This document shows, piece after piece, positions 30,359 to 41,000 of a stretch of DNA of 64,000 nt. The stretch's first letter is position 1, and every line of letters begins with the position of its first letter. Origin of the DNA: an uncultured Candidatus Saccharibacteria bacterium (GTDB lineage: Bacteria; Patescibacteriota; Saccharimonadia; Saccharimonadales; CAZVRA01); contig CAZVRA010000001.1 in NCBI GenBank assembly GCA_964630055.1, positions 174,483 through 238,482 on the forward strand, given 5' to 3'. Position numbers and translations under genes: made by a program. Below the pieces are notes generated by a model, which saw only the letters and a list, made by a program, of their open reading frames with translations, was not told the DNA's origin and did no database searches.

Positions 30359-31099
30359 TTGTTTTACTGTTCTCTCTTTATATACTACGTAGAGAGTATG
30401 AGTGGAAGAAGACTAAATAAGAAACAAACTGACCTACTCGCTATTGTGTGTAAGTTTAGATATGTCACGACAGATAATGTAGCCAAACAAAAAAGTATAA
30501 CTAGTAATGCAGCTTACAGTGCCTTAGAGATTCTACATAGTAATGGTTATCTGGGTAAAATTCATAAAAAGAGCTATCGGTTACAGAACAAATCAGCTCG
30601 TTATTATTTGGATCCCAAGGCCATTAAATATATCAAACAGGCTATGCCAGATATTGACCCAGAAAGCCTACAAAACCGCGCAAGGGACAGGCAGAAGTCA
30701 GAAGACTTCATAGACCAGCAGGTGGCCATACACGCGGCCTACATCGCCCTGCAGGGCAAGTATGGGGCTAAGGCAGCTATTATGACCGGTGCCGAGATGC
30801 AGAGCATGGAGGGCATTATTAAGCCGCTGCCAAGCCTATACATAAAACCTGCGGGCAAGAAACATTTCTTTGTCGAGCTGACTGACGGACAGCACCTGTT
30901 TATTGTTAAAAAGCGCATTAGAAAATACATAGATAATCACGAAGCCGGTGAATGGGATTGGGAACACTACCCGGATGTCCATATTGTTCGCAGCTCCAAG
31001 GCCGATAGACACAAGTTAGAGGCCTATGTGGAAGAAAAAATGGACGATGCTTACCTGGATAATGATGATTTTTCTTTTAAGATGTTAGATGAGTTGTAG
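30359..31099 (+). CDS. Replication-relaxation-family-like winged-helix protein (hypothetical)
   Basis: KKQTDLLAIVCKFRYVTTDNV and AAYSALEILHSNGYLGKIHKKSYRLQNKSARYYL fit the pattern of the replication-relaxation family found on plasmids and ICEs. The similarity is weak. Confidence 0.35.
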   Translation: MFYCSLFIYYVESMSGRRLNKKQTDLLAIVCKFRYVTTDNVAKQKSITSNAAYSALEILHSNGYLGKIHKKSYRLQNKSARYYLDPKAIKYIKQAMPDIDPESLQNRARDRQKSEDFIDQQVAIHAAYIALQGKYGAKAAIMTGAEMQSMEGIIKPLPSLYIKPAGKKHFFVELTDGQHLFIVKKRIRKYIDNHEAGEWDWEHYPDVHIVRSSKADRHKLEAYVEEKMDDAYLDNDDFSFKMLDEL

Positions 31100-31130
31100 A
31101 GCAGTTTTTAGTCTTACTCAGGACTGACGC

Positions 31131-31346
31131 CTACTCGGTGTCCAGTATCCAGTCTTGGGTTAGGCCCTCATACGAAATGCTATCCGCGACTTCACCGTCC
31201 TGGTCAACCCAGACCTGAATGAAAAACGGCTGGGTGTACCAGCCGTGTTCTTTTGCGATTTTCGCCCACCATTTCCGGTGTTCCTCGATTTGTATTTCTG
31301 TCGGAACGCTTTCGGCAGTTGCTACCGCTGGTGCTGTTGGGTTCAT
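31131..31346 (-). CDS. Small hypothetical acidic protein (71 aa)
   Basis: ORF that starts 1 nt after the upstream ORF ends, so the two are co-directional. Confidence 0.25.
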   Translation of the reverse strand: MNPTAPAVATAESVPTEIQIEEHRKWWAKIAKEHGWYTQPFFIQVWVDQDGEVADSISYEGLTQDWILDTE

Positions 31347-31347
31347 G

Positions 31348-31641
31348 TCAGACCTCCTGATCTGCTACGTGACTAGTTACTATTGCGATCCAGTCAATAC
31401 GGTCAAAAGCCGTACCAAGTAAGTCCTGCCAGATGCTGGCGGTGTCTATCTCGTCCTCAAGCTGCCACCTGAGTTCCTGCTCGATGTATTGAGCTGTCTC
31501 CCAGATGGTGTTGTTCTCTTTGATGGCACGACAGAGCAGATCGTACATACCCTCATCGTTGTTAAGCCAGAGATTGCCTAACCACGTTTCACGGTTTGTC
31601 CAACCGTTGTACGTTTGAGTTTGTATTGTTGCTTCAGACAT
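31348..31641 (-). CDS. Small hypothetical protein (97 aa)
   Basis: ORF abutting the previous one on the same strand. Confidence 0.25.
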   Translation of the reverse strand: MSEATIQTQTYNGWTNRETWLGNLWLNNDEGMYDLLCRAIKENNTIWETAQYIEQELRWQLEDEIDTASIWQDLLGTAFDRIDWIAIVTSHVADQEV

Positions 31642-31867
31642 ATGCTGTCCTCCTCTTTACTTTTAGTAACGAGGTTCAAGCACGGAGCCGCACGGCCGGG
31701 CTGTCAGGGTGGAGATTCCCCTTAAGAGTTCCTTTAGAAGATTTTTATTTCTTAAGGGCGAATACTACCTTGATAGTTCGGCTCGGCTCGTACACTTAAG
31801 AACCTACGGAAAGTAAAGCCCTCCAATCCTGCGTGTCTTTTGTCTTTTACAGGGATATAATGTACCT

Positions 31868-32365
31868 ATGGGCGTTAGATATTCGTTTGACGACTTCTCT
31901 ACAAAAGGACACGGCGTTATTGAGTACGCCGATCCGCATTATTACGAAGACGGCCAGAAACCTAAGCGCCGCACTAAATCCAAATCAAAGTTCGCTACTC
32001 GCTGGCCCGGTCCAGCACCGATGAAGTTTAAGGCTTCAAAGAGTAAGGCCGAATCAAAATTATTAGCACAGGCAGAGGCGCAGAAAATCTTTAAGCGGCG
32101 TTATCCAGGCCAGAAGCCGAAAAAGGGTCAGATTAAAGAAATTATGCGCGAACTGCAAGCGAAACCTCAAAAGCAAAAGGTCAAAAAGACCAAAACAGGT
32201 AGCATAACCAGTGTCAAAGTGAAAAAGCCCAACCCTAACCAGAAGATTGATGAGCTGACACTAGCAGTCTTTAAGCGGCGTTACCCTGGACAACAACCCC
32301 AAGCTGGACAGATCCAAGAAATCAAACAAGAGGTTATTAACGCAAGAAACAAATTGGGCGTATAA
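31868..32365 (+). CDS. Lys-rich basic protein with an internal duplicated motif (probably nucleic-acid binding)
   Basis: Two copies of (I/V)FKRRYPGQ-P--GQI-EI. A high K/R/Q content. Confidence 0.35.
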   Translation: MGVRYSFDDFSTKGHGVIEYADPHYYEDGQKPKRRTKSKSKFATRWPGPAPMKFKASKSKAESKLLAQAEAQKIFKRRYPGQKPKKGQIKEIMRELQAKPQKQKVKKTKTGSITSVKVKKPNPNQKIDELTLAVFKRRYPGQQPQAGQIQEIKQEVINARNKLGV

Positions 32366-32486
32366 TTTGGCTTAAGAGGTTTGTGTCGGGAGTCGCCGTT
32401 TGCGAGAGGACGCAAGCCTCTTTAATGTTTATAATGTTTATGCATATCTTGTAACTTTATATACTTTGTGATAACATTATAAAGTT

Positions 32487-33407
32487 ATGACAGTAAAGCA
32501 GCGCCTTAATGCTATTCAGAAAGCCTCTGGTTGGTCACAAGAACAGCTAGCATCCAAGCTAGGGGTTAGCTTTGCTACGCTCAACGCCTGGATAAACGAA
32601 CGCTCAGAACCACGCACCAAAGCTGAGCAGAACATAGAGCGTTTATACCTGGATATTGTTGGCGTAGACGCAGTAGATGCCGAGGTGCTTAAGAAGTCTA
32701 AGCAAGCAGCCCTGAAACTAAAAGCCAGTGCCAAAACAATCGCCAAAAATAAAGAACAACTTGACGCACTGACTTTGCACCTGACGTACCACACCAATAC
32801 CATTGAGGGCAGTACCATGACCCTGTCGGACGTTGAAGAGGTACTGTTTGACCACAAGGTACTAAGTAACCGTACCGCCATAGAGCAAGCTGAGGCACGT
32901 AATCACCAAGCGACACTGTATTGGCTACTAGACGAACTAGCCAGCAAGGGCAAAGACTTCGTTATAGATGAGCAACTTATTTTAGGTATCCACCTGCGTC
33001 TTATGAACGGCATTATTGGTACTGCCGGACAATACCGCACGCACTCAGTACGGATCATGGGTGCGAACGTGCCGCTCGTAAACTGGCAAAAAGTACCAGA
33101 ACGAGTAAAAGAGCTGGTAGGACACATAGCTAATCAATCTGACGATACTATTGCTGACATAGCCAAGATTCATGCGGAGTTTGAACAGATTCACCCATTC
33201 GCCGACGGCAACGGCCGTACCGGGCGGCTTATTATGCTAGCACAAGCACTAAAAGCCGGCATACTACCACCACTGGTAGTCAAGGAGCGCAAATATGCTT
33301 ATTACAAATACCTGGAGCTGGCGCAGACCAAACGGGATTTTTCGCCACTGGAGCTATTCGTGGCTGAAAGCATTGAGTTCTCTGGCGAGCTATTCGCTGG
33401 CCCATAG
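32487..33407 (+). CDS. Fic/Doc-family protein with an N-terminal XRE-type HTH
   Basis: Fic motif HPFADGNGRTGR. N-terminal QEQLASKLGVSFATLNAWINERSEP is a helix-turn-helix. Confidence 0.75.
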   Translation: MTVKQRLNAIQKASGWSQEQLASKLGVSFATLNAWINERSEPRTKAEQNIERLYLDIVGVDAVDAEVLKKSKQAALKLKASAKTIAKNKEQLDALTLHLTYHTNTIEGSTMTLSDVEEVLFDHKVLSNRTAIEQAEARNHQATLYWLLDELASKGKDFVIDEQLILGIHLRLMNGIIGTAGQYRTHSVRIMGANVPLVNWQKVPERVKELVGHIANQSDDTIADIAKIHAEFEQIHPFADGNGRTGRLIMLAQALKAGILPPLVVKERKYAYYKYLELAQTKRDFSPLELFVAESIEFSGELFAGP

Positions 33408-33424
33408 GCTGAGTACGCGCATTG

Positions 33425-33461
33425 TTTTCGCGCCATATATGCGCCGCTTTTCGCGCCATAT
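33425..33461. repeat. Two 14-bp direct repeats, ttttcgcgccatat, at 33425-33438 and 33448-33461
   Basis: Read directly from the sequence. The repeats lie in the Fic / defence-operon intergenic region, 23 bp apart start to start. Confidence 0.6.
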
Positions 33462-33696
33462 TTTCAAATCCTGTTTCTGCCAGAAACGGAAGTTGGTTAC
33501 ATGTGCAGTTTTGGACTTATGTTGAATAGTTCTCAGTATATGGACCACGCCCAACCACTAAAGGTGTCTGGGGCTCAATAATATCGTAGCTGGTATTGCG
33601 TATGTAGGTTCATAACATAAGTTTTTTGACCGGTGTTAGATTTCTAATGATTGGTATTAACAGAGGTCAAGAATATACAAAACAGATGTAAAAAAG

Positions 33697-33702
33697 TATA
33701 AT
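33697..33702 (+). promoter_or_regulatory. Candidate -10 box (TATAAT) for the 33723-43211 operon
   Basis: Perfect TATAAT 21 nt upstream of the ATG. A weak -35 (tataca) lies 17 bp upstream. An AGGA RBS lies 8 nt before the ATG. Confidence 0.25.
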
Positions 33703-33722
33703 CTACCTTAGCAGGAACACAT

Positions 33723-36311
33723 ATGTCCATAGTAATAGACGATATCCGCACTGATTTTCGTGAGTTTTGGAATCTTCCTATTGTTAAGGGCGGCGTGAAT
33801 TATAAGAAATCCTACTTTGATGAACTAAACGCATCCTTGCTATTTGAGAGGCTGGCTGAATCATCCACGTCAGATGATCTGGCCATTGTGCTCCCTCAAG
33901 ACTCGACAACACTACCACTGGTAATAATAGAGAGCCTGCTATCGCTATTCAAATACGATTTAATGAGTTCTAGTGGGTCACTAGACAACCTAGAGCCTGA
34001 AGAATCGGTAGGCCTAATGCGTGATCGTACGATGACACCTGGCATTTACAAAGGCACCGAGTATAGGGATGGCAAGAAGTTCTATCGAGTTTGGGATATT
34101 TCTGAAAAGGGTCATGTGCTAATACCTGAGGAGAGAAAATGGAGGATACAGCCGTATAACACAGAAATCTCAGCTAAGCGCAAGCTGACGACTGAAGTAC
34201 GCGGAAAAGTTTTAGAGGAACTGGCAGGAGTGGAAGCTGGGGGTCTGTTTGCATATCAGAATACAAAAGGGCTACTAGTCACATCTAACAAAGGTAAGCT
34301 CAAGGACGACATACAGGAAATATCCTTGGGTGGTGACCCTATAGAATCTATATTCCCAATAGCAGACTATTCAGATGTAGAAAACTATAAACCTTTGCTT
34401 ACAGACAGCCTACGAAGAGACTTTGTGCTTGGCTTGGTCTCTTATGCCGACACAGCGGTTGATATAGCCCTACGAGATCCAAAATATAGGCTCTTAATTA
34501 TAGAAGGTGCAGCTAAGGTACGCTCTGCGTATGGCAGTATAGAGCGTCTCAATGCAGATAATAATCCACGTAAAATAATCTGCGTCCTAAATAGTTCAGA
34601 TGAAGAAGAAATAAGTACACTTTCCCGTATGGGCTTCCGTTGCTGGGTGTGGAAGAGAGATGACTTCAAGCGCATGCACATTGACGATACGCTCGATAGT
34701 GAATTGTCCGGTAACAATTTTGAACTACACGACTCAATCATTAGCGCATTGTCTGAATCCAATTCCGTTACTCACACAATTGATGGTAGCGAAGAACTTG
34801 ATGGGCTATTCACCGTGCTATTCCAGAGCATACGTAAAATTGCTAAAGCCACGCCCGTGAATGAAGACGCCGGTATTATCATCCGAAGGCTATACGCATA
34901 CTTAAAATTCTTTATGCAGCTACCTGTGACCGTAAAGGAGTATGAGCAGTATTTGTTTCTTAACCAGCGCACATTACTTACTGATCAAATTGATGAACTC
35001 GCAGCCAGGATGCAAGCTGGGTACGGTGTTATATTCCCGCGCGATATACAGCAGGACTGCACAAAAATAATAGAAACAATAAAAAGCATCTACTCTTACC
35101 TTGAGCAGAGTAATCCGAGGAAAAATCAATTAATGCAGCTCCTGGGTGACAAGACGCATAAAAAGACAACGATAGTCTGCTCACGTTCCGAGTTCGCCGA
35201 AATACTACGGGAACAAAAGTCCATATCCCAAAACACTACTATTATCAGTGCTAACGAGATAAAGTGGGTTCCAAGCGACAGGGTCATAGTTTGCGGCCAC
35301 TTTACTAAACTCTTTGTGTCAAAGACTTTTCTAGCACCTTTCAAAAGCTTGGAGTTCCAGCTGTATAAAGATGAAAAACGTGCGTATGAGTATGTGCTTG
35401 CAAGGCACCCAGCCTCCCCACGCAGTAGGATAGACACAAGCTTACGCAAACAATACATACCGGAACAGGATCAAGTAGTCGATCCTAGTGCTGTCACCAA
35501 AGATAACTCCACGGGCGATGATCTCGAGAATCTTATTAAGTCTGTGAATGAGCGTTTTGGCGAGACCACAGATTTTAGCGGCACATTCTCTAGCGGTTAC
35601 AGACCCTCCGCTGATTATGTGGATGCCAGGAGAATCATATTTGATAACGAATCGTTCACATATTTGAACTCCGGTCACCAAGTCAACAGAATAGACCGTA
35701 TTAAGAACGAGATCGAACGTTGTTCTATTGGTGAGCTTGAGACTGGTGATGAGCTAATTTTTACACATAACTCAAGAGATCTTTTCGATGACTTAATGAA
35801 TAGTATGAAGGAAGCTGACACGTATAAGCTACTCGAGCAAGAGTCTTCAGTATGGTGGAGGGCACTCAGGGACTACGCAAGGGACAACAATATGGATGAG
35901 GATAAGCTTGCAGAAAAACTTGAAGATCTTGGCTGTAAACGACATCCCTTTACCATTAAGCAATGGACTAACGGCAAGATGATAAGTCCGACCCATATTT
36001 CCGAAACGCTTACTGCCATAGCATCACTAACTGGGGACAAAAGACTTGAGGGCGACCATGCCTCTATTATTGCCGCCTGTAAGACGCTTTTCGCTCTTCA
36101 TATCCAGACCGGACGACTGCTCATTAGAAGAATAGTTAGCTCAGCCGTGACCACAGAAGAGGACGAGGAAATCGATGAAGAAACCAAAGGTAGAATAGAT
36201 GCTTATGCGAAGCAGGCAATACTTGTGAATGTCGCGTATATATCTGATAACACTGCATCTGTACCTGACAATGCTATTGGACAGCTTTTTACGGCACAGG
36301 GGCAGCTATGA
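33723..36311 (+). CDS. Large protein of unknown function (862 aa), first gene of the defence-like operon (possible DrmE analogue)
   Basis: Long ORF. Its stop overlaps the next gene's ATG (ATGA). No motif recognised. Confidence 0.45.
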   Translation: MSIVIDDIRTDFREFWNLPIVKGGVNYKKSYFDELNASLLFERLAESSTSDDLAIVLPQDSTTLPLVIIESLLSLFKYDLMSSSGSLDNLEPEESVGLMRDRTMTPGIYKGTEYRDGKKFYRVWDISEKGHVLIPEERKWRIQPYNTEISAKRKLTTEVRGKVLEELAGVEAGGLFAYQNTKGLLVTSNKGKLKDDIQEISLGGDPIESIFPIADYSDVENYKPLLTDSLRRDFVLGLVSYADTAVDIALRDPKYRLLIIEGAAKVRSAYGSIERLNADNNPRKIICVLNSSDEEEISTLSRMGFRCWVWKRDDFKRMHIDDTLDSELSGNNFELHDSIISALSESNSVTHTIDGSEELDGLFTVLFQSIRKIAKATPVNEDAGIIIRRLYAYLKFFMQLPVTVKEYEQYLFLNQRTLLTDQIDELAARMQAGYGVIFPRDIQQDCTKIIETIKSIYSYLEQSNPRKNQLMQLLGDKTHKKTTIVCSRSEFAEILREQKSISQNTTIISANEIKWVPSDRVIVCGHFTKLFVSKTFLAPFKSLEFQLYKDEKRAYEYVLARHPASPRSRIDTSLRKQYIPEQDQVVDPSAVTKDNSTGDDLENLIKSVNERFGETTDFSGTFSSGYRPSADYVDARRIIFDNESFTYLNSGHQVNRIDRIKNEIERCSIGELETGDELIFTHNSRDLFDDLMNSMKEADTYKLLEQESSVWWRALRDYARDNNMDEDKLAEKLEDLGCKRHPFTIKQWTNGKMISPTHISETLTAIASLTGDKRLEGDHASIIAACKTLFALHIQTGRLLIRRIVSSAVTTEEDEEIDEETKGRIDAYAKQAILVNVAYISDNTASVPDNAIGQLFTAQGQL

Positions 36312-38029
36312 GACTTATACCGAATTACATAGATGAAAAGAACTCTAGTAACGCCGAGAAAAAACTGTTTAAGCTGTTTTCTAAGACAGACAGGCTGAAT
36401 GACTGGGTATGTCTACATTCATTGGGTGTTAGCCAACATATAAACAAACGAGAAGGTGAAATAGACTTTTTATTGATCGGCCCAGCGGGTATCTTTGCTT
36501 TAGAGGTGAAGGGCGGACGAGTTGAGAGACGCAATGGCATCTGGTACTTCACCGACAGATTTAGCAGGGTTAGCAAAAAGCACGAATCTCCATTCACTCA
36601 AGCAAAAACTGCGCTTTACTCAATCAGATCTGATGTTACAGAGCGATTCGGTAAAACATTATACAGTTCGGTATTCGGATATGGGGCTATGTTTCCAGAT
36701 ATTCAATTTGGAGTAGAGTCCCCCGAGTGGCATGCTGATATGGTTTTTGACCATAATGATATGCAGTCAGATATTGCTGACTATGTAGAACGATTGAGTG
36801 AGTATTGGACGTTACAGCAGCGGTCTAGGAGACAGTTAACTCGCCGAGAGATCAGTGAGGTCGTTAATTATCTACGCGGTGACTTTGAGATCATTAGACC
36901 ACTCTCTGAAACTATAGAGGAAACCGAGGACTCTATTATACGACTCACTGAAGAACAATATACTTGCTTGGACGCAATGGAACTCAACCCAAGAACCATT
37001 TTCTTTGGCGCTGCAGGAACCGGTAAGACACTGTTGGCAGTAGAGAAGGCTAGGCGAAATAAAATCAAAGGAATCCCTACACTATTCCTATGTTTCAATC
37101 GCTTACTAGCGGATTATGTTAATGATTTACTCTCGCGTGAACCTGGTAGCGGAGTGCAAGTATATTCACTGCATAGTTTTCTAAATAAGTTGATTAAACA
37201 GGCCGATCTTGAAGGTGGCTTAAACACTGGCGTATCTAGTCAGAGTGAGTTATATGAACGTATCTATCCCCATCTAGCATTACAAATAAAGGAGTTGCCG
37301 AAGTTTGAAGAACTCATCATAGACGAGGCTCAGGACGTGTTGTCGGAGCAGTACCTAAAGGTTCTGGATCGTCTAGTCGACGGTGGTGTTGATCATGGTA
37401 AGTGGCTTATGTGTATGGATCCAGAAAACCAAGACATATATCAAAAAGCTGACAGTAAGATGCTGGGCGATGTAAAAAGCCTCGCTTCATCATATGTGCT
37501 GACGATAAACTGTAGAAACACCAAACCTATCGCTATTCAGACTGAACTCATCACCGGTATATCAGCCGGTGCTACAACTAGGATCGAAGGAGTACCCGTT
37601 AATTACATATGGTACGAAGACCAGCAAGACCAAGCCAGACAACTTAGCGACAAGATAAATGTCATGCTCAAAGAAGGTGTAGAGCCTGACGATATTACTA
37701 TACTGTCGCACAAAAGTGGAACCCCATCCTTAGCAGGTAGTGGCAGGTTGCGTATCGATGCACCTACTCATCTCATAGATACAAGGAGCGGTTCCATAAA
37801 GATTAACGGGCATATAGGATACTGCACCATATCATCATTCAAAGGATTGGAAAGCAAGGTCATTGTCATTACTGATACGGCTGAGCTAGAAGGAGATGCG
37901 TACAGGTTGCTAAACTATGTGGGCTTCACGAGGGCACGCGCCCTACTTGTCGTGTGCATGAACAAAGAGCTGAAGAAGCAGTACAAAGCAAAAATTGCTA
38001 AACTTACTATAGCCGACGGTAAACTATGA
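36308..38029 (+). CDS. NERD-domain plus UvrD/PcrA-like SF1 helicase
   Basis: N-terminal ...HSLGVSQHINKREGEIDFLLIGPAGIFALEVKGG matches the NERD pattern. Walker A FFGAAGTGKT, Walker B LIIDEAQD. C-terminal ...LNYVGFTRARALLVV is UvrD_C-like. Both junctions with its neighbours are ATGA overlaps. Confidence 0.6.
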   Translation: MRLIPNYIDEKNSSNAEKKLFKLFSKTDRLNDWVCLHSLGVSQHINKREGEIDFLLIGPAGIFALEVKGGRVERRNGIWYFTDRFSRVSKKHESPFTQAKTALYSIRSDVTERFGKTLYSSVFGYGAMFPDIQFGVESPEWHADMVFDHNDMQSDIADYVERLSEYWTLQQRSRRQLTRREISEVVNYLRGDFEIIRPLSETIEETEDSIIRLTEEQYTCLDAMELNPRTIFFGAAGTGKTLLAVEKARRNKIKGIPTLFLCFNRLLADYVNDLLSREPGSGVQVYSLHSFLNKLIKQADLEGGLNTGVSSQSELYERIYPHLALQIKELPKFEELIIDEAQDVLSEQYLKVLDRLVDGGVDHGKWLMCMDPENQDIYQKADSKMLGDVKSLASSYVLTINCRNTKPIAIQTELITGISAGATTRIEGVPVNYIWYEDQQDQARQLSDKINVMLKEGVEPDDITILSHKSGTPSLAGSGRLRIDAPTHLIDTRSGSIKINGHIGYCTISSFKGLESKVIVITDTAELEGDAYRLLNYVGFTRARALLVVCMNKELKKQYKAKIAKLTIADGKL

Positions 38030-41000
38030 GCGATATTAAGACAAAAGATTATATTGAGTTCCGAACCCAAATCCTGGACTTTGTGCGAAGAGATCTTCAG
38101 GGTCCTTATGAAGAATCCGAACTTATAGACGAGTCTCCAGCGTCCAAGTACTCCACGGGGATAATTTTCCCTCAGATTTCTCTAGAAGTGCCAGACGACG
38201 GCTCTCTTGATACGCGCGAACAAGACGACGAGGAAGTCGGTGCCATTGAGCAGGCGTCTTCCTTCTATCCATCGGCAACCGGCCTTAGCTTCGCGGTAAG
38301 TAATGGTGTAAATACGATAAATATAAAGCTTCGCTATGGTAAGTATAGGAAGATCACTGCGAAAGACTACGGTGATGTGGTGGTCAAAGTGTCCGGTTTT
38401 GAAGCAACATATCAAGGAAACCTTACAGTACAGAGCTTCTTTGATTTAGGCGACGGGTACCTTACTTTAAAGCGACCTATGGAAATGCACGACAGGGACA
38501 CACTGCTATCTATGGCCGAGGACAATCAGCAGTTCAAAGATGTTATTTATAGAGCCTTTAAGTTATGTAAATCTGGGTGGATTCGAACTCAGCACGAACA
38601 AGATATAAAACTCAGCCCAGATAGCGATTTAAAAGAACAGATTATTGAGGGCGAAACACTAAAGTTGGTTCTGGCAGTAAAAAATATACCAAAATCACAG
38701 AAGAAAATCTGTACTATCTCTGTAGTCAACACTTCGAAAACAACCAAACCTCAAAGCGACTCAGATAAGGCATACTACCAACTACATCTAGCCTTAACGT
38801 TAGATAACGGCAGACCGTTTGAAGATTTAAACGACAAATCTTTTGAGGAATCATGGTTTGACGATTTCGAGGAGGAGTCTCTTCATCTCTTATACCATAA
38901 GAGGAAACTCTATGGTGTGGGGCATGGTATCTCCGTGGACTGGAAAACCAATACGGAGTCAGATGATGCCGTGGAAGTTTATACCACAACTCTGCCAAGC
39001 TATATTGTCCCGCAAATGGAATTTACCCTTGCGGGTTCTAGCCAGAAACCAGATCTTTCCATTGCGACATATGCATATAAAGAGAGAGGCGAGATTATCG
39101 ATAACCTGCGGCTTCTCACCAGTAGCTACAGTGAGTGGATTGAAGCGATTGAGCAAGAATCTAAAGCTCTGCCAAGCAATTTACAGAATATAGCCGCCAA
39201 GCACGTAGAAAAGTGCAAGGACTCACTGACAAGAATGCTAAATGGTATAGAGATTGTGTCTAAGAATGACGATGTGTTTAGAGCATTTCAGCATGCAAAT
39301 GAAGCGATGTTAATGCAAAGAAGTCATACACGACTTCAAAACACAAAATCATTTGCTGATGAGAATGTATCCATGCCAGAAAGCTATAGAAATGAGAAAG
39401 ATGAATGGCGACCATTTCAGATTGCATTCATCATCATGAATTTGGTCTCCATGTCAGACACCGATTCATCAGAGAGGGACATAGTAGACTTAATTTGGTT
39501 CCCTACGGGTGGCGGAAAGACGGAGGCATATCTCGGGCTAACTGCGTTCACCATATTTTTTAGGCGTATCAAATACAAAGACAGAGCTGGAGGCACCACT
39601 GTTATTATGCGCTATACCCTCCGACTGCTTACGTCACAACAGTTTCAGCGAGCATGCACACTTATATGTGCATGCGAAAATATCAGAAAGTCTACGAGTC
39701 TATACGGAGACGAGCCCATAACTGTTGGGCTTTGGCTAGGTAGCGCATCAACTCCTAATACGCTTGAGGATGCAAAATATCGTGTTGGCGAACTCCACAG
39801 GGGAGGTAGTCAGGCAGAAAATCCGTTCCAAGTTATTGATTGCCCGTGGTGTGGCACCCACATGACGAAGGTTGATAGAAGAGGCATCTTTTGCTACGAA
39901 ATTAAGAGTAGGCCTAAACAATTCTATATGTGGTGTCCCAATGGTAACTGCACCTTTTCGGATAAACAAGGCGGGCTTCCTATAATTGTAGTGGATGATG
40001 ATATCTATAACAGACCGCCAACTCTATTGTTTGGAACCGTAGATAAGTTTGCTATGTTGCCGTGGAAGAAGGAGGCATCCTCTCTATTCGCCCTGAATAA
40101 TGGTAACCAGAATATATCCCCCTCGCTTATTATTCAGGATGAGTTACATCTTATATCTGGGTCTCTGGGTACGGTTGTAGGGCTTTATGAAACAGCTATA
40201 GATATCTTATGTTCCGCCAAGAGCATTAAGCCAAAAATTATAGCTTCAACGGCAACTATTAGAAAGGCACAGGAGCAATGCAAATCACTATATGCAAGGG
40301 ACGTTGCACAGTTTCCATCGCCTGGCATAGATGCCTCTGACTCATTCTTTGCCAGAGAAGCCCCAGTGGACGACAACACGCCGGGACGTTTATACGTCGG
40401 TGTAATGCCATCAGGTAAAACATCTACTACCATGCAGGTACGCCTCATGGCTGACGTTATTCAGGGGGTAGAAATATTAGATACAGATGACGCAGTGAAA
40501 GATACGTACTGGACGCAGGTCGTTTATTGTAACAGCATTAGGGAGTTGGGTTCATCAAAAAGCATAGTCTTTGACGACGTAAAGGAATACTCGAAGTCAC
40601 TGGCCAAGTATTATGGCAAAAAACCAAGATTCTATGGTGACCGTAACGTTCAAGAACTGACATCCAGAATTAGTGCCGAAAATATACCAGAGATACTTAG
40701 GATGCTTGAGAATAGTTATCCAAGTAAAGATGCTGTGGATGTTTTGCTGGCAACGAATATGATATCGGTCGGCGTGGACATAAACCGTTTTGGCATCATG
40801 ACAGTTCTTGGTCAACCCAAAACTACCTCGGAGTACATACAGGCGTCTAGTCGTGTCGGTCGTAAAAACCCGGGGCTAGTACTTACTCTGTATAGTCCAG
40901 TGAAAAGCCGTGACCGATCACACTATGAGCAATTCTTGAGATATCACCAGTCTCTTTATAGATTTGTTGAGCCTACGAGCGTTACCCCATTCTCCGCACC

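Noticed and set aside
32375-32422. Possible rho-independent terminator after the Lys-rich gene
   Set aside because: The 10-bp outer stem (one G-T pair) encloses a 28-nt loop, and the T-tract is interrupted. This is not a convincing intrinsic terminator.
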